From NCBI GenBank assembly GCA_965655095.1, contig OZ296650.1:127224001-127288000 (forward strand): a DNA stretch of 64,000 nucleotides, given 5' to 3'. Shown here piece by piece: positions 1 through 15,000 of this stretch (positions are counted from its first letter, which is position 1; each line of letters begins with the position of its first letter). Position numbers and translations under genes: made by a program. The stretch is from Haplodiscus bocki. Its lineage: Eukaryota. The notes under the pieces were generated by a model. The model was not told where the DNA came from. It made no database searches and saw nothing but the letters and a program-made list of their open reading frames with translations.

Positions 1-3000
1 CGAATGGAATTTTTGCACGACCAGTTGAAAGCTCTGGATTGACAAGCTGATTGAAAAACCGCAAGTTGGTTGTTACGGAGGAACTTGAGTTTGGTTGTCG
101 ACAGAGTTTAATTTCTCTGAAAGACTAAAATTTCTGATTGCGAGTTCGATAGAAAAAATCAATCCTGTAGCTACGGTGAAACTAATGTTTGCAGAATGAA
201 ACCAATCAAAATTTGTAGCAGTTTTGGAAAATTCGAACTATCAGGAATCTGATGCAAAGATCCAATTCAAGGTTTTTAAAGTGAGTTTTCCTTCACAGAT
301 ATGAAACTTTCCCGTGAAACCTTGATAGAGGCAATCAATTCAGTAGTTACGGAGAAGTATGTGTTCTAATATCGAACAAGAAATCAAAAGTAAGAGCAAA
401 TTTTGCACAGATCGAACGATCTGGATGTTGATGCGAGTTTCACAAAAGTTTCCTGATTTGTATCTTCCTCTGAGAAAATGAAACTGTTGTTGTGGAATTT
501 GATGGATGGAACCAGTCCTGCAGTGGGAAGTAAATTTGAGTTTGAAATATGAGATATTTGTCAAATTTAGGAATAACGTTGGTAATTCTCTGATTATTAT
601 GGTTCAAATTGCAGCAACGAAACTGTCTCTTTTTGAATTCCTTGTTTACCACAGTCTGAACGTTTTTCAGTGGGACACGAGAGAAGGAGTCAAATAGTAG
701 TTGCGAAGAAACATGAGTCTGAGTGTCGAGAAATTTCGTCACCTATGGCCTTGCTTTGAGAATGGGACTATCAAGACTTCGCTGCTACACTCAAAACATT
801 TGTCTTTCAGTCGCATCTGCTTCTGGATGGTTGAAATTTTGATTCAAACTTGTAGGGAATTCTCCTGTTTGTAGTTACTTTGATATTTGAGTTTCAGGTT
901 TGAGATAAATCAAATAATTGTGTTTTTTTTCGGTTTCTGGACTATCGGTTTTCTTAGCAATTTTGAGAAACCGTTTCCTCAATTGAATCCTGCCCCGCAA
1001 GTGCAAAATTCTCGGTTGCGATCGTCATGAAGGACTCAACCGTGAATTTCCGAAGCAAAATTAGCATGGAAATTGAGATGAATCATTTTTATTACCACTC
1101 TTTGGTTTCTTTAGACCATCAGGAATCGGATGCACTGATCGGAATCGGAAACCTCTCCAGCAATTTACCTTCTTTAAAGTCAAGTTTTTCCAAGGAAGTT
1201 TTAGTAGATGCAACCAAACCTACAGTTGTAGAGAACTTTGGGTTTCAAAATCGAAATTTTTCAAATTCAAACACCAATTTTGTTTTACTCTGACATTCAG
1301 GATTTTGGTGTGGGGAACAAAAAAGTGCTTCCCCGGCACAATCTTTTTCTGCATTTGGGAATTTTTTGATCGTCATCTTCATTTAGGACATCAACACTGT
1401 TTTTGGAGCAAATTTGAACTTGACCGTCGAGGTAAATCAATATTAATAGCAGTTTTAAGAGTTTCCGGACAAGCAGGACTTTGATGCAAAGATAACATTC
1501 AACTATTTTCCATTGAGTATTGCCTTACACGTGTGCAAGTTTCTATTGAAGTCTTGATAGAAGCCATCAATTTGGCAGTTACGGCGGAAAGTTTGAATGT
1601 GTCGACAAATAGGAATTGAAAGCAGGTTTTGTATCTTTCCGACAATCAGGATTATGATACTTGTTTCAGAAAGATGTTTGCTTAATCGAATTTTCTTCTG
1701 CATGTGTAAAATGTTCGATTAGAACCGTGATGCAAGGAATCAAAGCTGTGGTCACGGAGGAAAATGAGCCTGATTTTTGAGATAATTACGTATTGAAAGC
1801 ACTTTCGGGAGCTTTCGGTCAATAAGGAGTTCGTTTGTATGGAGTCAAAACGAATGTTTCTTTCTGCCCATCTTACCTTTCAAACATGAAACTTTTCTTT
1901 GTGGTCTCCATGGAAGAGAACCATTCTTTAATTGCCTTGATATCTGGGTTTTGATATCTAGATGACATATAATTTTTGGCACTATTCGTGACTTTTGGAC
2001 ATTGAGGACTCGCATGCAAAAATTGAAGTTGAATGTTTTCCGAATGGAATTTTTGCACGACCAGTTGAAAGCTCTGGATTGACAAGCTGATTGAAAAACC
2101 GCAAGTTGGTTGTTACGGAGGAACTTGAGTTTGGTTGTCGACAGAGTTTAATTTCTCTGAAAGACTAAAATTTCTGATTGCGAGTTCGATAGAAAAAATC
2201 AATCCTGTAGCTACGGTGAAACTAATGTTTGCAGAATGAAACCAATCAAAATTTGTAGCAGTTTTGGAAAATTCGAACTATCAGGAATCTGATGCAAAGA
2301 TCCAATTCAAGGTTTTTAAAGTGAGTTTTCCTTCACAGATATGAAACTTTCCCGTGAAACCTTGATAGAGGCAATCAATTCAGTAGTTACGGAGAAGTAT
2401 GTGTTCTAATATCGAACAAGAAATCAAAAGTAAGAGCAAATTTTGCACAGTTCGAACGATCTGGATGTTGATGCGAGTTTCACAAAAGTTTCCTGATTTG
2501 TATCTTCCTCTGAGAAAATGAAACTGTTGCTGTGGAATTTGATGGATGGAACCAGTCCTGCAGTGGGAAGTAAATTTGAGTTTGAAATATGAGATATTTG
2601 TCAAATTTAGGAATAACGTTGGTAATTCTCTGATTATTATGGTTCAAATTGCAGCAACGAAACTGTCTCTTTTTGAATTCCTTGTTTACCACAGTCTGAA
2701 CGTTTTTCAGTGGGACACGAGAGAAGGAGTCAAATAGTAGTTGCGAAGAAACATGAGTCTGAGTGTCGAGAAATTTCGTCACCTATGGCCTTGCTTTGAG
2801 AATGGGACTATCAAGACTTCGCTGCTACACTCAAAACATTTGTCTTTCAGTCGCATCTGCTTCTGGATGGTTGAAATTTTGATTCAAACTTGTAGGGAAT
2901 TCTCCTGTTTGTAGTTACTTTGATATTTGAGTTTCAGGTTTGAGATAAATCAAATAATTGTGTTTTTTTTTGGTTTCTGGACTATCGGTTTTCTTAGCAA

Positions 3001-6000
3001 TTTTGAGAAACCGTTTCCTCAATTGAATCCTGCCCCGCAAGTGCAAAATTCTCGGTTGCGATCGTCATGAAGGACTCAACCGTGAATTTCCGAAGCAAAA
3101 TTAGCATGGAAATTGAGATGAATCATTTTTATTACCATTCTTTGGTTTCTTTAGACCATCAGGAATCGGATGCACTGATCGGAATCGGAAACCTCTCCAG
3201 CAATATACCTTCTTTAAAGTCAAATATTTCCAAGGAAGTTTTAGTAGATGCAACCAAACCTACAGTTGTAGAGAAATTTGGGTTTCAAAATCGAAATAAT
3301 TCAAATTCAAACACCAATTTTGTTTTACTCTGACATTGAGGATTTTGGTGTAGGGAACAAAAAAGTGCTTCCCCGGCACAATCTTTTTCTGCATTTGGGA
3401 ATTTTTTGATCGTCATCTTCCTTTAGGACATCAACATTGTATTTGGAGCAAATTTGAACTTGACCGTCGAGGTAAATCAATACTAATAGCAGTTTTAAGA
3501 GGTTTCGGACAAGCAGGACTTTGATGCAAAGATAACATTCAACTATTTTCCATTGAGTATTGCCTTACACGTGTGCAAGTTTCTATTGAAGTCTTGATAG
3601 AAGCCATCAATTTGGTAGTTACGGCGGAAAGTTTGAATGTGTCGACAAATAGAAATTAAAAGCAGGTTTTGTAATTTTCCGACAACCAGGTTTATGATAC
3701 TTGTTTCAGAAAGATGTTTGCCTAATCGAATTTGCTTCGAATTTGCTTCTGCATGTTTAAAATGTTCGATTAGAACCGTGATGCAAGGAATCAAAGCTGT
3801 GGTCACGGAGGAAAATGAGCCTGATTTTTGAGATAATTACGTATTGAAAGCATTTTCGGGAGCTTTCGGTCAATAAGGAGTTCGTTTGTATGGAGTCAAA
3901 ACGAATGTTTCTTTCTGCCCATCTTACCTTTCAAACATGAAACTTTTCTTTGTGATCTCCATGGAAGAGAAAAATTCTTTAATTGCCTTGATATCTGGGT
4001 TTTGATGTCGAGATGACATATAATTTTTGGCACTATTCGTGACTTTTGGACAATGAGGACTCGCATGCAAAAATTGAAGTCGAATGTTTTTCGAATGGAA
4101 TTTCTGCACGACCAGTTGAAAGCTCTGGATTGACAAGCTGATTAAAAAACCGCAATTTGGTTGTTACGGAGGAACTTGAGTTTGGTTGTCGACAGAGTTT
4201 AATTTCTCTGAAAGACTAAAATTTCTGATAGCGAGTTCGTTAGAAAAAATCAATCCTGTAGCTACGGTGAAACTAATGTTTGCAGAATGAAACCAATCAA
4301 AATTTGTAGCAGTTTTGGAAAATTCGAACTATCAGGAATCTGATGCAAAGATCCAATTCAAGGTTTTTAAAGTGAGTTTTCCTTCACAGATATGAAACTT
4401 TCCCGTGAAACCTTGATAGAGGCAATCAATTCAGTAGTTACGGAGAAGTATGTGTTCTAATCTCGAACAAGAAATCAAAAGTAAGAGCGAATTTTGCACG
4501 GTTCGAACGATCTGGATGTTGATGCGAGTTTCACAAAAGTTTCCTGATTTGTATCTTCCTCTGAGAAAATGAAACTGTTGCTGTGGAATTTGATGGATGC
4601 AACCAGTCCTGCAATAGGAAGTAAATTTGAGTTTGAAATATGAAATATTTGTCAAATTTAGGAATAACTTTCGTAATTCTCTGATTATTATGGTTCAAAT
4701 TGCAGCAACCAAACTGTCTTCTTTTTGATATCCTTGTTTACCACAGTCTGAACGTTTTTCAGTGGGACACGAGAGAAGGAGTCAAATATTAGTTGCGAAG
4801 AAACATGAGTCTGAATGTCGCGAAAATTCATCACCTATGGCCTTGCTTTGAGAATGGGACTATCAAGACTTCGCTGCTACACTCAAAATTTTTGTCTTTC
4901 AGTCGCATCTTCTTCTGGATGGTGGAATTTTTGATTCAAAGCTTACAGAAATTCTCTTGTCTGTGGCTACTTTGATATTTGAGTTTCAGGTTTGAGATAA
5001 ATCAATTAAATGTGTTTTTTTTGGTTTCTGGACTATCGGTTTTCTTAGCAGTTTTGAGAAACCGTTTCTTCAATTGAAACATGCTCCGCAAGTGCGAAAT
5101 TTTCGGTTGTGATTGTCATGAAGGACTCAACCGTGAATTTCCAAAGCAAAACTAGCATGGAAATTGAGCTGAATCGTTTTTATTACCTTTTTCTTGGTTT
5201 CTTCAGATCATAGAGAATCGGATGCACCGATCGGAATCGGAAACTTCTCCATCAATTTTGCTTCTTCAAAGTCAACTGTTCCCAAAGAAGTTTTATTAGG
5301 AGCAACTAAACCTAGAGTTACGGAGAAATTTGGGTTTCAAATTCGAAATAAATCAAATTCAGAAGCCAATTTTGTATTACTCAGACTTCAGGATTTTCGT
5401 GTAGGGAACAAAAAAGTGCTTCCCCGGCACAATCTTTTTCTGCATTTGGGAATTTTTTGAACGTCATCTTCCTTTAGGACATCAACACTGTATTTGGAGC
5501 AAATTTGAACTTGACCGTCGAGGTAAATCAATACTAATAGCAGTTTTAAGAGTTTTCGGACAAGCAGGACTTTGATGCAAAGATAACATTCAACTATTTT
5601 CCATTGAGTATTGCCTTACACGTGTGCAAGTTTCTATTGAAGTCTTGATAGAAGCCATCAATTTGGTAGTTACGGCGGAAAGTTTGAATGTGTCGACAAA
5701 TAGAAATTGAATGCAGGTTTTGTAATTTTCCGACAATCAGGATTATGATACTTGTTTCTGAAAGATGTTTGCTTAATCGAATTTGCTTCTGCATGTGTAA
5801 AATGTTCGATTAGAACCGTGATGCAAGGAATCAAAGCTGTGGTCACGGAGGAAAATGAGCCTGATTTTTGAGATAATTACGTATTGAAAGCATTTTCGGG
5901 AGCTTTCGGTCAATAAGGAGTTCGTTTGTATGGAGTCAAAACGAATGTTTCTTTCTGCCCATCTTACCTTTCAAACATGAAACTTTTCTTTGTGATCTCC

Positions 6001-9000
6001 ATGGAAGAGAACAATTCTTTAATTGCCTTGATATCTGGGTTTTGATTTCTAGATGAGATATAAATTTTGGCACTATTCGTGACTTTTGGACAATGAGGAA
6101 TCGCAGGCAAAAATTGAAGTCGAATGTTTTCCGAATGGAATTTTTGCACGACCAGTTGAAAGCTCTGGATTGACAAGCTGATTGAAAAACCGCAAGTTGG
6201 TTGTTACGGAGGAACTTGAGTTTGGTTGTCGACAGAGTTTAATTTCTCTGAAAGACTAAAATTTCTGATTGCGAGTTCGATAGAAAAAATCAATCCTGTT
6301 GCTACGGTGAAACTAATGTTTGCAGAATGAAACCAATCAAAATTTGTAGCAGTTTTGGAAAATTCGAACTATCAGGAATCTGATGCAAAGATCCAATTCA
6401 AGGTTTTTAAAGTGAGTTTTCCTTCACAGATATGAAACTTTCCCGTGAAAGCTTGATAGAGGCGATCAATTCAGTAGTTACGGAGAAGTATGTGTTCTAA
6501 TATCGAACAAGAAATCAAAGGTAAGAGCAAATTTTGCACAGTTCGAACGATCTGGATGTTGATGCGAGTTTCACAAAAGTTTCCTGATTTGTATCCTCCT
6601 CTGAGAAAATGAAACTGTTGCTGTGGAATTTGATGGATGGAACCAGTCCTGCAGTGGGAAGTAAATTTGAGTTTGAAATATGAGATATTTGTCAAATTTA
6701 GGAATAACGTTGGTAATTCTCTGATTATTATGGTTCAAATTGCAGCAACGAAACTGTCTCTTTTTGAATTCCATGTTTACCACAGTCTGAACGTTTTTCA
6801 GTGGGACACGAGAGAAGGAGTCAAATAGTAGTTGCGAAGAAACATGAGTCTGAGTGTCGAGAAAATTCGTCACCTATGGCCTTGCTTTGAGAATGGGACT
6901 ATCAAGACTTCGCTGCTACACTCAAAACATTTGTCTTTCAGTCGCATCTGCTTCTGGATGGTTGAAATTTTGATTCAAACTTGTAGGGAATTCTCCTGTT
7001 TGTAGTTACTTTGATATTTGAGTTTCAGGTTTGAGATAAATCAAATAATTGTGTTTTTTTTTGGTTTCTGGACTATCGGTTTTCTTAGCAATTTTGAGAA
7101 ACCGTTTCTTCAATTGAATCCTGCCCCGCAAGTGCGAAATTCTCGGTTGCGATCGTCATGAAGGACTCAACCGTGAATTTCCGAAGCAAATGTAGCATGG
7201 AAATTGAGATGAATCATTTTTATTACCACTCTTTGGTTTCTTTAGACCATCAGGAATCGGATGCACTGATCGGAATCGGAAACCTCTCCAGCAATTTACC
7301 TTTCTTTTGAAGTCAAGTTTTTCCAAGGAAGTTTTAGTAGATGCAACCAAACCTACAGTTGGAGAGAAATTTGGGTTTCAAAATCGAAATAATTCAAATT
7401 CAAACACCAATTTTGTTTTACTCTGACATTCAGGATTTTGGTGTGGGGAACAAAAAAGTGCTTCCCCGGCACAATCTTTTTCTGCATTTGGGAATTTTTT
7501 GATCGTCATCTTCATTTAGGACATCAACACTGTATTTGGAGCAAATTTGAACTTGACCGTCGAGGTAAATCAATATTAATAGCAATTTTAAGAGTTTCCG
7601 GACAAGCAGGACTTTGATGCAAAGATAACATTCAACTATTTTCCATTGAGTATTGCCTTACACGTGTGCAAGTTTCTATTGAAGTCTTGATAGAAGCCAT
7701 CAATTTGGCAGTTACGGCGGAAAGTTTGAATGTGTCGACAAATAGGAATTGAAAGCAGGTTTTGTAATTTACCGACAATCAGGATTATGATACTTGTTTC
7801 AGAAAGATGTTTGCTTAATCGAATTTTCTTCTGCATGTCTAAAATGTTCGATTAGAACCGTGATGCAAGGAATCAAAGCTGTGGTCACGGAGGAAAATGA
7901 GCCTGATTTTTGAGATAATTACCTATTGAAAGCACTTTCGGGAGCTTTCGGTCAATAAGGAGTTCGTTTGTATGGAGTCAAAACGAACGTTTCTTTCTGC
8001 CCATCTTACCTTTCAAACATGAAACTTTTCTTTGTGATCTCCATGGAAGAGAACCATTCTTTAATTGCCTTGATATCTGGGTTTTGATATCTAGATGACA
8101 TATAATTTTTGGCACTATTCGTGACTTTTGGACATTGAGGACTCGCATGCAAAAATTGAAGTCGAATGTTTTCCGAATGGAATTTTTGCACGACCAGTTG
8201 AAAGCTCTGGATTGACAAGCTGATTGAAAAACCGCAAGTTGGTTGTTACGGAGGAACTTGAGTTTGGTTGTCGACAGAGTTTAATTTCTCTGAAAGACTA
8301 AAATTTCTGATTGCGAGTTCGACAGAAAAAATCAATCCTGTAGCTACGGTGAAACTAATGTTTGCAGAATGAAACCAATCAAAAATTGTAGCAGTTTTGG
8401 AAAATTCGAACTATCAGGAATCTGATGCAAAGATCCAATTCAAGGTTTTTAAAGTGAGTTTTCCTTCACAGATATCAAACTTTCCCGTGAAACCTTGATA
8501 GAGGCAATCAATTCAGTAGTTACGGAGAAGTATGTGTTCTAATATCGAACAAGAAATCAAAAGTAAGAGCAAATTTTGAACAGTTCGAACCATCTGGATG
8601 TTGATGCGAGTTTCACAAAAGTTTCCTGATTTGTATCTTCCTCTGAGAAAATGAAACTGTTGCTGTGGAATTTGATGGATGGAACCAGTCCTGCAATAGG
8701 AAGTAAATTTGAGTTTGAAATATGAGATATTTGTCAAATTTAGGAATAACGTTGGTAATTCTCTGATTATTATGGTTCAAATTGCAGCAACGAAACTGTC
8801 TCTTTTTGAATTCCTTGTTTACCACAGTCTGAACGTTTTTCAGTTGGACACGAGAGAAGGAGTCAAATAGTAGTTGCGAAGAAACTTGAGTCTGAGTGTC
8901 GAGAAAATTCGTCACCTATGGCCTTGCTTTGAGAATGGGACTATCAAGACTTCGCTGCTACACTCAAAACATTTGTCTTTCAGTCGCATCTGCTTCTGGA

Positions 9001-12000
9001 TGGTTGAAATTTTGATTCAAACTTGTAGGGAATTCTCCTGTCTGTGGTTACTTTGATATTTGAGTTTCAAGTTTGAGATAAATCAAATAATTGTGTTTTT
9101 TTTTTGGTTTCTGGGCTATCGGTTCTCTTAGCAATTTTGAGAAACCGTTTCCTCAATTGAATCCTGCCCCGCAAGTGCAAAATTCTCGGTTGCGATCGTC
9201 ATGAAGGACTCAACCGTGAATTTCCGAAGCAAATGTAGCATGGAAATTGAGATGAATCGTTTTTATTACCACTCTTTGGTTTCTTTAGACCATCAGGAAT
9301 CGGATGCACTGATCGGAATCGGAAACCTCTCCAGCAATTTACCTTCTTTAAAGTCAAATATTTCCAAGGAAGTTTTAGTAGATGCAACCAAACCTACAGT
9401 TGTAGAGAAATTTGGGTTTCAAAATCGAAATAATTCAAATTCAAACACCAATTTTGTTTTACTCTGACATTGAGGATTTTGGTGTAGGGAACAAAAAAGT
9501 GCTTCCCCGGCACAATCTTTTTCTGCATTTGGGAATTTTTTGATCGTCATCTTCCTTTAGGACATCAACATTGTATTTGGAGCAAATTTGAACTTGACCG
9601 TCGAGGAAAATCAATACTAATAGCAGTTTTAAGAGGTTTCGGACAAGCAGGATTTTGATGCAAAGATAACATTCAACTATTTTCCATTGAGTATTGCCTT
9701 ACACGTGTGCAAGTTTCTATTGAATTCTTGATAGAAGCCATCAATTTGGTAGTTACGGCGGAAAGTTTGAATGTGTCGACAAATAGAAATTGAAAGCAGG
9801 TTTTGTAATTTTCCGACAATCAGGATTATGATACTTGTTTCAGAAAGATGTTTGCTTAATCGAATTTGCTTCTGCATGTGTAAATTGTTCGATTAGAACC
9901 GTGATGCAAGGAATCAAAGCTGTGGTCACGGAGGAAATCGAGCCTGATTTTTGAGATAATTACGTATTGAAAGCATTTTCGGGAGGGTTCGGTCAATAAG
10001 GAGTTCGTTTGTATGGAGTCAAAACGAATGTTTCTTTCTGCCCATCTTACCTTTCAAACATGAAACTTTTCTTTGTGATCTCCATGGAAGAGAACAATTC
10101 TTCAATTGCCCTGATATCTGGGTTTTGATTTCTAGATGAGATATAATTTTTGGCACTATTCGTGACTTTTTGACAATGAGGACTCGCATGCAAAAATTGA
10201 AGTCGAATGTTTTCCGAATGGATTTTTTGCACGACCAGTTGAAAGCTCTGGATTGACAAGCTGATTGAAAAACCGCAAGTTGGTTGTTACGGAGGAACTT
10301 GAGTTTGGTTGTCGACAGAGTTTAATTTCTCTGAAAGACTAAAATTTCTGATTGCGAGTTCGATAGAAAAAATCAATCCTGTAGCTACGGTGAAACTAAT
10401 GTTTGCAGAATGATACCAATCAAAATTTGTAGCAGTTTTGGAAATTTCGAACTATCAGGAATCTGATGCAAAGATCCAATTCAAGGTTTTTAAAGTGAGT
10501 TTTTCTTTACAGATATGAAACTTCTCCGTGAAACATTGATAGAAGCAATCAATTCAGTAGTTACGGAGAAGTTTGTGTTCTAATATCGAACAAGAAATCA
10601 AAAGTAAGAGCAAATTTTGCACAGTTCGAACGATCTGGATGTTGATGCGAGTTTCACAAAACTTTCCTGATTTGCATCTTCCTCTGAGAAAATGAAACTG
10701 TTGCTGTGGAATTTGATGGATGGAACCAGTCCTGCAGTGGGAAGTAACATTGAGTTTGAAATATGAGATATTTGTCAAATTTAGGAATAACGTTGGTAAT
10801 TCTCTGATTATTATGGTTCAAATTGCAGCAACGAAACTGTCTTCTTTTTGAATTCCTTGTTTACCACAATCTGAACGTTTTTCAGTGAAACATGACAGAA
10901 GGAGTCAAATAGTAGTTGCGAAGAAACATGAGTCTGAGTGTCGAAAAAAATTCGTCACATATGGCCTTGCTTTGAGAATGGGACTATCAAGACTTCGCTG
11001 CTACACTCAAAACTTTTGCCTTTCAGTCGCATCTTCTTCTGGATGGTGGAATTTTTGATTCAAACTTGTAGGGAATTCTCCTGTTTGTAGTTACTTTGAT
11101 ATTTGAGTTTCAGGTTTGAGATAAATCAAATAATTGTGTTTTTTTTTGGTTTCTGGACTATCAGTTTTCTTAGCAATTTTGAGAAACCGTTTCTTCAATT
11201 GAATCCTGCCCCGCAAGTGCGAAATTCTCGGTTGCGATCGTCATGAAGGACTCAACCGTGAATTTCCGAAGCAACTGTAGCATGGAAGTTGAGATGAATC
11301 ATTTTTATTACCACTCTTTGGTTTCTTTAGACCATCAGGAATCGGATGCACTGATCGGAATCGGAAACCTCTCCAGCAATTTACCTTTCTTTTGAAGTCA
11401 AGTTTTTCCAAGGAAGTTTTAGTAGATGCAACCAAACCTACAGTTGGAGAGAAATTTGGGTTTCAAAATCGAAATAATTCAAATTCAAACACCAATTTTG
11501 TTTTACTCTGACATTCAGGATTTTGGTGTGGGGAACAAAAAAGTGCTTCCCGGCACAATCTTTTTCTGCAACTGGGACTGTTTCGATCGTCATCTTCATT
11601 TAAGAGACCAACACTGTAGTTGGAGCAAATTTAAACTTGACCGTCGAGGTAAATCAATACTAATAGCAGTAGTAAGAGGTTTCGGACAAGCAGGACTTTG
11701 ATGCAAAGATAACATTCAACTATTTTCCATTGAGTATTGCCTTACACGTGTGCAAGTTTCTATTGAAGTCTTGATAGAAGCCATCAATTTGGTAGTTACG
11801 GCGGAAAGTATGAATGTGTCGACAAATAGAAATTGAAAGCAAGTTTTGTAATTTTCCGACAATCAGGATTTTGATACTTGTTTCAGAAAGATGTTTGCTT
11901 AATCGAATTTGCTTCTGCATGTGTAAAATGTTCGATTAAAACCGTGATGCAAGGAATCAAAGCTGTGGTCACGGAGGAAAATGAGCCTGATTTTTGAGAT

Positions 12001-15000
12001 AATTACGTATTGAAAGCATTTTCGGGAGCTTTCGGTCAATAAGGAGTTCGTTTGTATGGAGTCAAAACGAATGTTTCTTTCTGCCCATCTTACCTTTCAA
12101 ACATGAAACTTTTCTTTGTGATCTCCATGGAAGAGAACAATTCTTTAATTGCCTTGATATCTGGGTTTTGATATCGAGATGACATATAATTTTTGGCACT
12201 ATTCGTGACTTTTGGACAATGAGGACTCGCATGCAAAAATTGAAGTCGAATGTTTTCCGAATGGAATTTTTGCACGACCAGTTGAAAGCTCTGGATTGAC
12301 AAGCTGATTGAAAAACCGCAAGTTGGTTGTTACGGAGGAACTTGAGTTTGGTTGTCGACAGAGTTTAATTTCTCTGAAAGACTTAAATTTCCGATTGCGA
12401 GTTCGTTAGAAAAAATCAATCCTGTAGCTACGGTGAAACTGATGTTTGCAGAATGAAACCAATCAAAATTTGTAGCAGTTTTGGAAAATTCGAACTATAA
12501 GGATTCTGATGCAAAGATCCAATTCAAGGTTTTTAAAGTGAGTTTTCCTTCACAGATATGAAACTTTCCCGTGAAACCTTGATAGAGGCAATCAATTCAG
12601 TAGTTACGGAGAAGTATGTGTTCTAATATCGAACAAGAAATCAAAAGTAAGAGCAAATTTTGAACAGTTCGAACCATCTGGATGTTGATGCGAGTTTCAC
12701 AAAAGTTTCCTGATTTGTATCTTCCTCTGAGAAAATGAAACTGTTGCTGTGGAATTTGATGGATGGAACCAGTCCTGCAATAGGAAGTAAATTTGAGTTT
12801 GAAATATGAGATATTTGTCAAATTCAGGAATAACGTTGGTAATTCTCTGATTATTATGGTTCAAATTGCAGCAACGAAACTGTCTCTTTTTGAATTCCTT
12901 GTTTACCACAGTCTGAACGTTTTTCACTGGGACACGAGAGAAGGAGTCAAATAGTAGTTGCGAAGAAACATGAGTCTGAGTGTCGAGAAAATTCGTCACC
13001 TATGGCCTTGCTTTGAGAATGGGACTATCAAGACTTCGCTGCTACACTCAAAACATTTGTCTTTCAGTCGCATCTGCTTCTGGATGGTTGAAATTTTGAT
13101 TCAAACTTGTAGGGAATTCTCCTGTTTGTAGTTACTTTGATATTTGAGTTTCAGGTTTGAGATAAATCAAATAATTGTGTTTTTTTTTGGTTTCTGGACT
13201 ATCGGTTTTCTTAGCAATTTTGAGAAACCGTTTCCTCAATTGAATCCTGCCCCGCAAGTGCAAAATTCTTGGTTGCGATCGTCATGAAGGACTCAACCGT
13301 GAATTTCCGAAGCAAAATTAGCATGGAAATTGAGATGAATCATTTTTATTACCATTCTTTGGTTTCTTTAGACCATCAGGAATCGGATGCACTGATCGGA
13401 ATCGGAAACCTCTCCAGCAATTTACCTTCTTTAAAGTCAAATATTTCCAAGGAAGTTTTAGTAGATGCAACCAAACCTACAGTTGTAGAGAATTTTGGGT
13501 TTCAAAATCGAAATATTTCAAATTCAAACACCAATTTTGTTTTACTCTGACATTGAGGAATTTGGTGTAGAGAACAAAAAAGTGCTTCCCCGGCACAATC
13601 TTTTTCTGCATTTGGGAATTTTTTGAACGTCATCTTCCTTTAGGACATCAACATTGTATTTGGAGCAAATTTAAACTTGACCGTCGAGGTAAATCAATAC
13701 TAATAGCAGTTTTAAGAGGTTTCGGACAAGCAGGACTTTGATGCAAAGATAACATTCAACTATTTTCCATTGAGTATTGCCTTACACGTGTGCAAGTTTC
13801 TATTGAAGTCTTGATAGAAGCCATCAATTTGGTAGTTACGGCGGAAAGTTTGAATGTGTCGGCAAATAGAAATTAAAAGCAGGTTTTGTAATTTTCCGAC
13901 AATCAGGATTATGATACTTGTTTCAGAAAGATGTTTGCTTAATCGAATTTGCTTCGAATTTGCTTCTGCATGTGTAAAATGTTCGATTAGAACCGTGATG
14001 CAAGGAATCAAAGCTGTGGTCACGGAGGAAAATGAGCCTGATTTTTGAGATACTTACGTATTGAAAGCATTTTCGGGAGCTTTCGGTCAATCAGGAGTTC
14101 GTTTGTATGGAGTCAAAACGAATGTTTCTTTCTGCCCATCTTACCTTTCAAACATGAAACTTTTCTGTGTGATCTCCATGGAAGAGAACAATTCTTTAAT
14201 TGCCTTGATATCTGGGTTTTGATATTGAGATGACATATAATTTTTGGCACTATTCGTGACTTTTGGACAATGAAGACTCGCATGCAAAAATTGAAGTCGA
14301 ATGTTTTCCGAATGGAATTTCTGCACGACCAGTTGAAAGCTGTGGATTGACAAGCTGATTGAAAAACCGCAAGTTGGTTGTTACGGAGGAACTTGAGTTT
14401 GGTTGTCGACAGAGTTTAATTTCTCTGAAAGACTAAAATTTCTGATTGCGAGTTCGTTAGAAAAAATCAATCCTGTAGCTACGGTGAAATTAATGTTTGC
14501 AGAATGAAACCAATCAAAATTTGTAGCAGTTTTGGAAAATTCGAACTATCAGGAATCTGATGCAAAGATCCAATTCAAGGTTTTTAAAGTGAGTTTTCCT
14601 TCACAGATATGAAACTTTCCCGTGAAACCTTGATAGAGGCAATCAATTCAGTAGTTACGGAGAAGTATGTGTTCTAATATCGAACAAGAAATCAAAAGTA
14701 AGAGCAAATTTTGCACAGTTCGAACGATCTGGATGTTGATGCGAGTTTCACAAAAGTTTCCTGATTTGTATCTTCCTCTGAGAAAATGAAACTGTTGCTG
14801 TGGAATTTGATGGATGCAACCAGTCCTGCAATAGGAAGTAAATTTGAGTTTGAAATATGAGATATTTGTCAAGTTTAGGAATAACTTTCGTAATTCTCTG
14901 ATTATTATGGTTCAAATTGCAGCAACCTAACTGTCTTCTTTTTGAATTCCTTGTTTACCACAGTCTGAACGTTTTTCAGTGGGACACGAGAGAAGGAGTC

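Noticed and set aside
1800-1822. Possible CENP-B box (TTTCGGGAGCTTTCGGT)
   Set aside because: Does not fit TTCGNNNNANNCGGG.
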